From: Phallusia mammillata | Taxonomy: Eukaryota | Assembly (NCBI GenBank): GCA_965637545.1 | Contig: OZ281501.1 | Location: forward strand, 15,562,001-15,626,000 | Reading direction: 5' to 3' | Length of the DNA: 64,000 nt | Shown here: in pieces, positions 61,675 to 64,000 of the stretch | Numbering within the stretch: the stretch's first letter is position 1 | Layout: each line of letters starts with the position of its first letter | The notes under the pieces: generated by a model | Told to the model about the DNA's origin: nothing | The model's input: only the letters and a program-made list of their open reading frames with translations | Databases searched by the model: none | Program-made: the position numbers and the translations under genes

Positions 61675-62058
61675 TTTTTAGATTAGCGCGACAAGAAGCA
61701 ATTAATATTATTTTTGCTTTGCTTTTTCGGACATGATGCAATTAAAAATAGCAAATAGCACATTGTGTTTTGTGCTTTAAACTTTTGCTTCGCTCCGAAG
61801 CAACGAAGCTTTAGCAAGCTGAAGTGATTGGCTGCCACTTTTGCTTCTGTAGTCGTTTAAAATTGACATCCTTGTCTTTGCCCACCCTTGGCTGTTTTAT
61901 GTTGCACTTAGCTTAGTTTTTGCTGCTTTATCATAGTTCCACAATCTGGAAATGGACAAATAGGTGTGATAATACAACTTTTTCGCTTATATGTGGACGT
62001 TAGAATAATTGACGAAGCAACAGTGCTTCCTAATCAAAATCAGTCAACAAAGTTGTTT

Positions 62059-62099
62059 AACGATATATATTTCACCCCAAAAGGGCATCTTCAGTCGTT
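62059..62099 (-). ncRNA. Minimal Penelope-type type I hammerhead ribozyme
   Basis: Minus strand AACGA CTGAAGA T GCCCT-TTT-GGGGT GAA ATATAT A TCGTT: stem I AACGA/TCGTT, palindromic stem III, AUA triplet. Confidence 0.8.
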
Positions 62100-63434
62100 C
62101 TGTGAAACAACGGGTGTAAAAGTAAAACAAAACAAGCAATGAACTAAATCCATATCAAACACACCAAAAAATTACAACAACCTGCTACAAGCCCTTGCTA
62201 ACTATGCAAGATCTGCGACAGAACTGCATCTAAGCTACACGAAGAGCTAACACTACAACAAGCGATAAGGGAACAGTGCGCACCCATATAGAAAGAAGGA
62301 AAAGGAGAGAGACGAGATAACCGTCTAGTCCAGGGGCAACGAAAGAACTCTAGAGTGGACACAAACAAACAACCCAGTTCAAATGGAATTACCAAATAAA
62401 ATCGATAAAAACCAGTAAAAAAAAAAATTTTTTAAATAATAAAATATAGTTATCGCACTCTGGGCAAAACCATTTTTTGAATATTGATAGTAGCTTGGGT
62501 AATTTTAAGCCACTTTGCTTCGCAAGCGTCCAAATCTTTAGAAGGCGGCTGCTGTAAAAACGTGACATAAAACACACTCGGCAATGACGGGATAGGTGGC
62601 GAAGAGTTCAGGGTGTTTAACTGCGTAATGGCGCAACAGCGCTGCATTATCGTTACCTTCTTTAATATCATGTTCTTTCCATACCGATCTATGGTGGTTC
62701 CATCGGGTGCTAAACCGGTTTTTTGTTTGGCCGATGTATTGTTCTTTACACATACGGCATGTGGCCGCATACACACCATAGTTTTTGCAGTCCAGCACCT
62801 GTTTTAATCTAATATCTTTGCCGCGTGTGGCAAAATTACACCACCATAGATCGGTATGGAAAGAACATGATATTAAAGAAGGTAACGATAATGCAGCGCT
62901 GTTGCGCCATTACGCAGTTAAACACCCTGAACTCTTCGCCACCTATCCCGACATTGCCGAGTGTGTTTTATGTCACGTTTTTACAGCAGCCGCCTTCTAA
63001 AGACTTGGACGCTTGCGAAGCAAAGTGGCTTAAAATTACCCAAGCTACTATCAATATTCAAAAAATGGTTTTGCCCAGCGTGCGATAACTATATTTTATT
63101 ATTTTATTTATTTTTTTACTGTTTTTTATCGATTTTATTTGGTAATTCCATTTGAACTGGGTTGTTTGTTTGTGTCCACTCTAGAGTTCTTTCGTTGCCC
63201 CTAGACTAGACGGTTATCTCGTCTCTCTCCTTTTCCTTCTTTCTATATGGGTGAGCACTGTTCCCTTATCGCTTGTTGTAGTGTTAGCTCTTCGTGTAGC
63301 TTAGATGCAGTTCTGTCGCAGATCTTGCATAGTTAGCAAGGGCTTGTAGCAGGTTGTTGTAATTTTTTGGTGTGTTTGATATGGATTTAGTTCATTGCTT
63401 GTTTTGTTTTACTTTTACACCCGTTGTTTCACAG

Positions 63435-63475
63435 AACGACTGAAGATGCCCTTTTGAGGTGAAACATATATCGTT
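63435..63475 (+). ncRNA. Minimal Penelope-type type I hammerhead ribozyme (second arm)
   Basis: AACGA CTGAAGA TGCCCTTTTGAGGT GAA ACATAT A TCGTT; two substitutions weaken stems II and III. Confidence 0.72.
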
Positions 63476-63957
63476 AAACAACTTTGTTGACTGATTTTGA
63501 TTAGGAAGCACTGTTGCTTCGTCAATTATTCTTACAAAAAATTTACTTATAATCAGTGATCGTCGAAAAAAAATATTTAACAAAAAAAATAAAAAAATAA
63601 AAAAAAATAAAAAAAAATATGCCTACTACTTGCGGGATAGATCCTGTACCAAACACTAAATATGTGGACGTTTGGAGTATTGAGATAAATGAATGTTTAT
63701 TGTTTCTGTGTTAGTCAGCATTGTTTTCTGTTGATACAACTTTGCGCATATTTGTACAACAATGCGAAAAAACTGCTAAATGTCCATACCGAATTGCTTT
63801 CAAACTGTTAGCACAAGCAAAAAGTGTATTTCGAGGCTCAATGTCAACCAAAGGAACACGCAATAACATCACGTTTTTAATGGAGCTGGATATGTGGTCA
63901 CAAAAGAACGTTTTCCCAAACCGGATACCACAACATGCTGCCCTGACTAGATTGCCC

Positions 63958-64000
63958 TTAGCAGTTTTCTCTGGCAAAGATTCAGCTGTGCCAGAAACTT
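63958..64000 (-). pseudogene. End of PLA2 last exon of a fourth cassette (continues beyond the window)
   Basis: Reverse complement SFWHS*IFARENC*: TGG>TGA relative to the other copies. Confidence 0.75.

Larger units (their letters stand above)
62002..63659. mobile_element. Penelope-like element 3' ends in inverted arrangement (arms 62002-62698 and 62840-63532) plus an A-rich extension
   Basis: GIY-YIG peptide LDCKNYGVYAATCRMCKEQYIGQTKNRFSTRWNHHR..EAKWL; near-identical ~695-bp arms; 13-bp flank duplication ATATGTGGACGTT at 61989-62001 and 63660-63672. Confidence 0.9.

Noticed and set aside
1-64000. CRISPR array, operon or other prokaryotic system
   Set aside because: No repeat-spacer array; spliceosomal introns and animal transposons show the DNA is eukaryotic.

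Overview
AT-rich eukaryotic (animal) DNA with GT-AG introns, hAT/P/Penelope/Gypsy elements and no operon or CRISPR structure. An invertebrate such as a tunicate is plausible but cannot be determined from the sequence. From ~20 kb onward the window is a birth-and-death array of intronless SLC49/FLVCR-like MFS transporter genes in three subfamilies (here A, B, C): 8 intact ORFs, 2 full-length pseudogenes and 4 fragments. Much of it is built from a repeated cassette: C-type MFS > B-type MFS > convergent 4-exon secreted phospholipase A2. One PLA2 copy is intact and is absent from the ORF track. The most unusual signal is a family of type I hammerhead-ribozyme (HHR) repeats resembling retrozymes. 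Five motifs with 236-270 nt spacing sit inside three adjacent copies of a P-element-like DNA transposon (~11.9-18.1 kb). Relics of the same repeat lie just upstream of three B-type transporter genes. A separate Penelope-like insertion (62.0-63.7 kb) has inverted arms, each with a minimal HHR. Also present: a 5'-truncated Gypsy element at an inversion junction, a tRNA-derived SINE-like head and about 14 hAT-type MITEs with 8-bp TSDs. All calls were made by eye; no database searches or folding programs were run.
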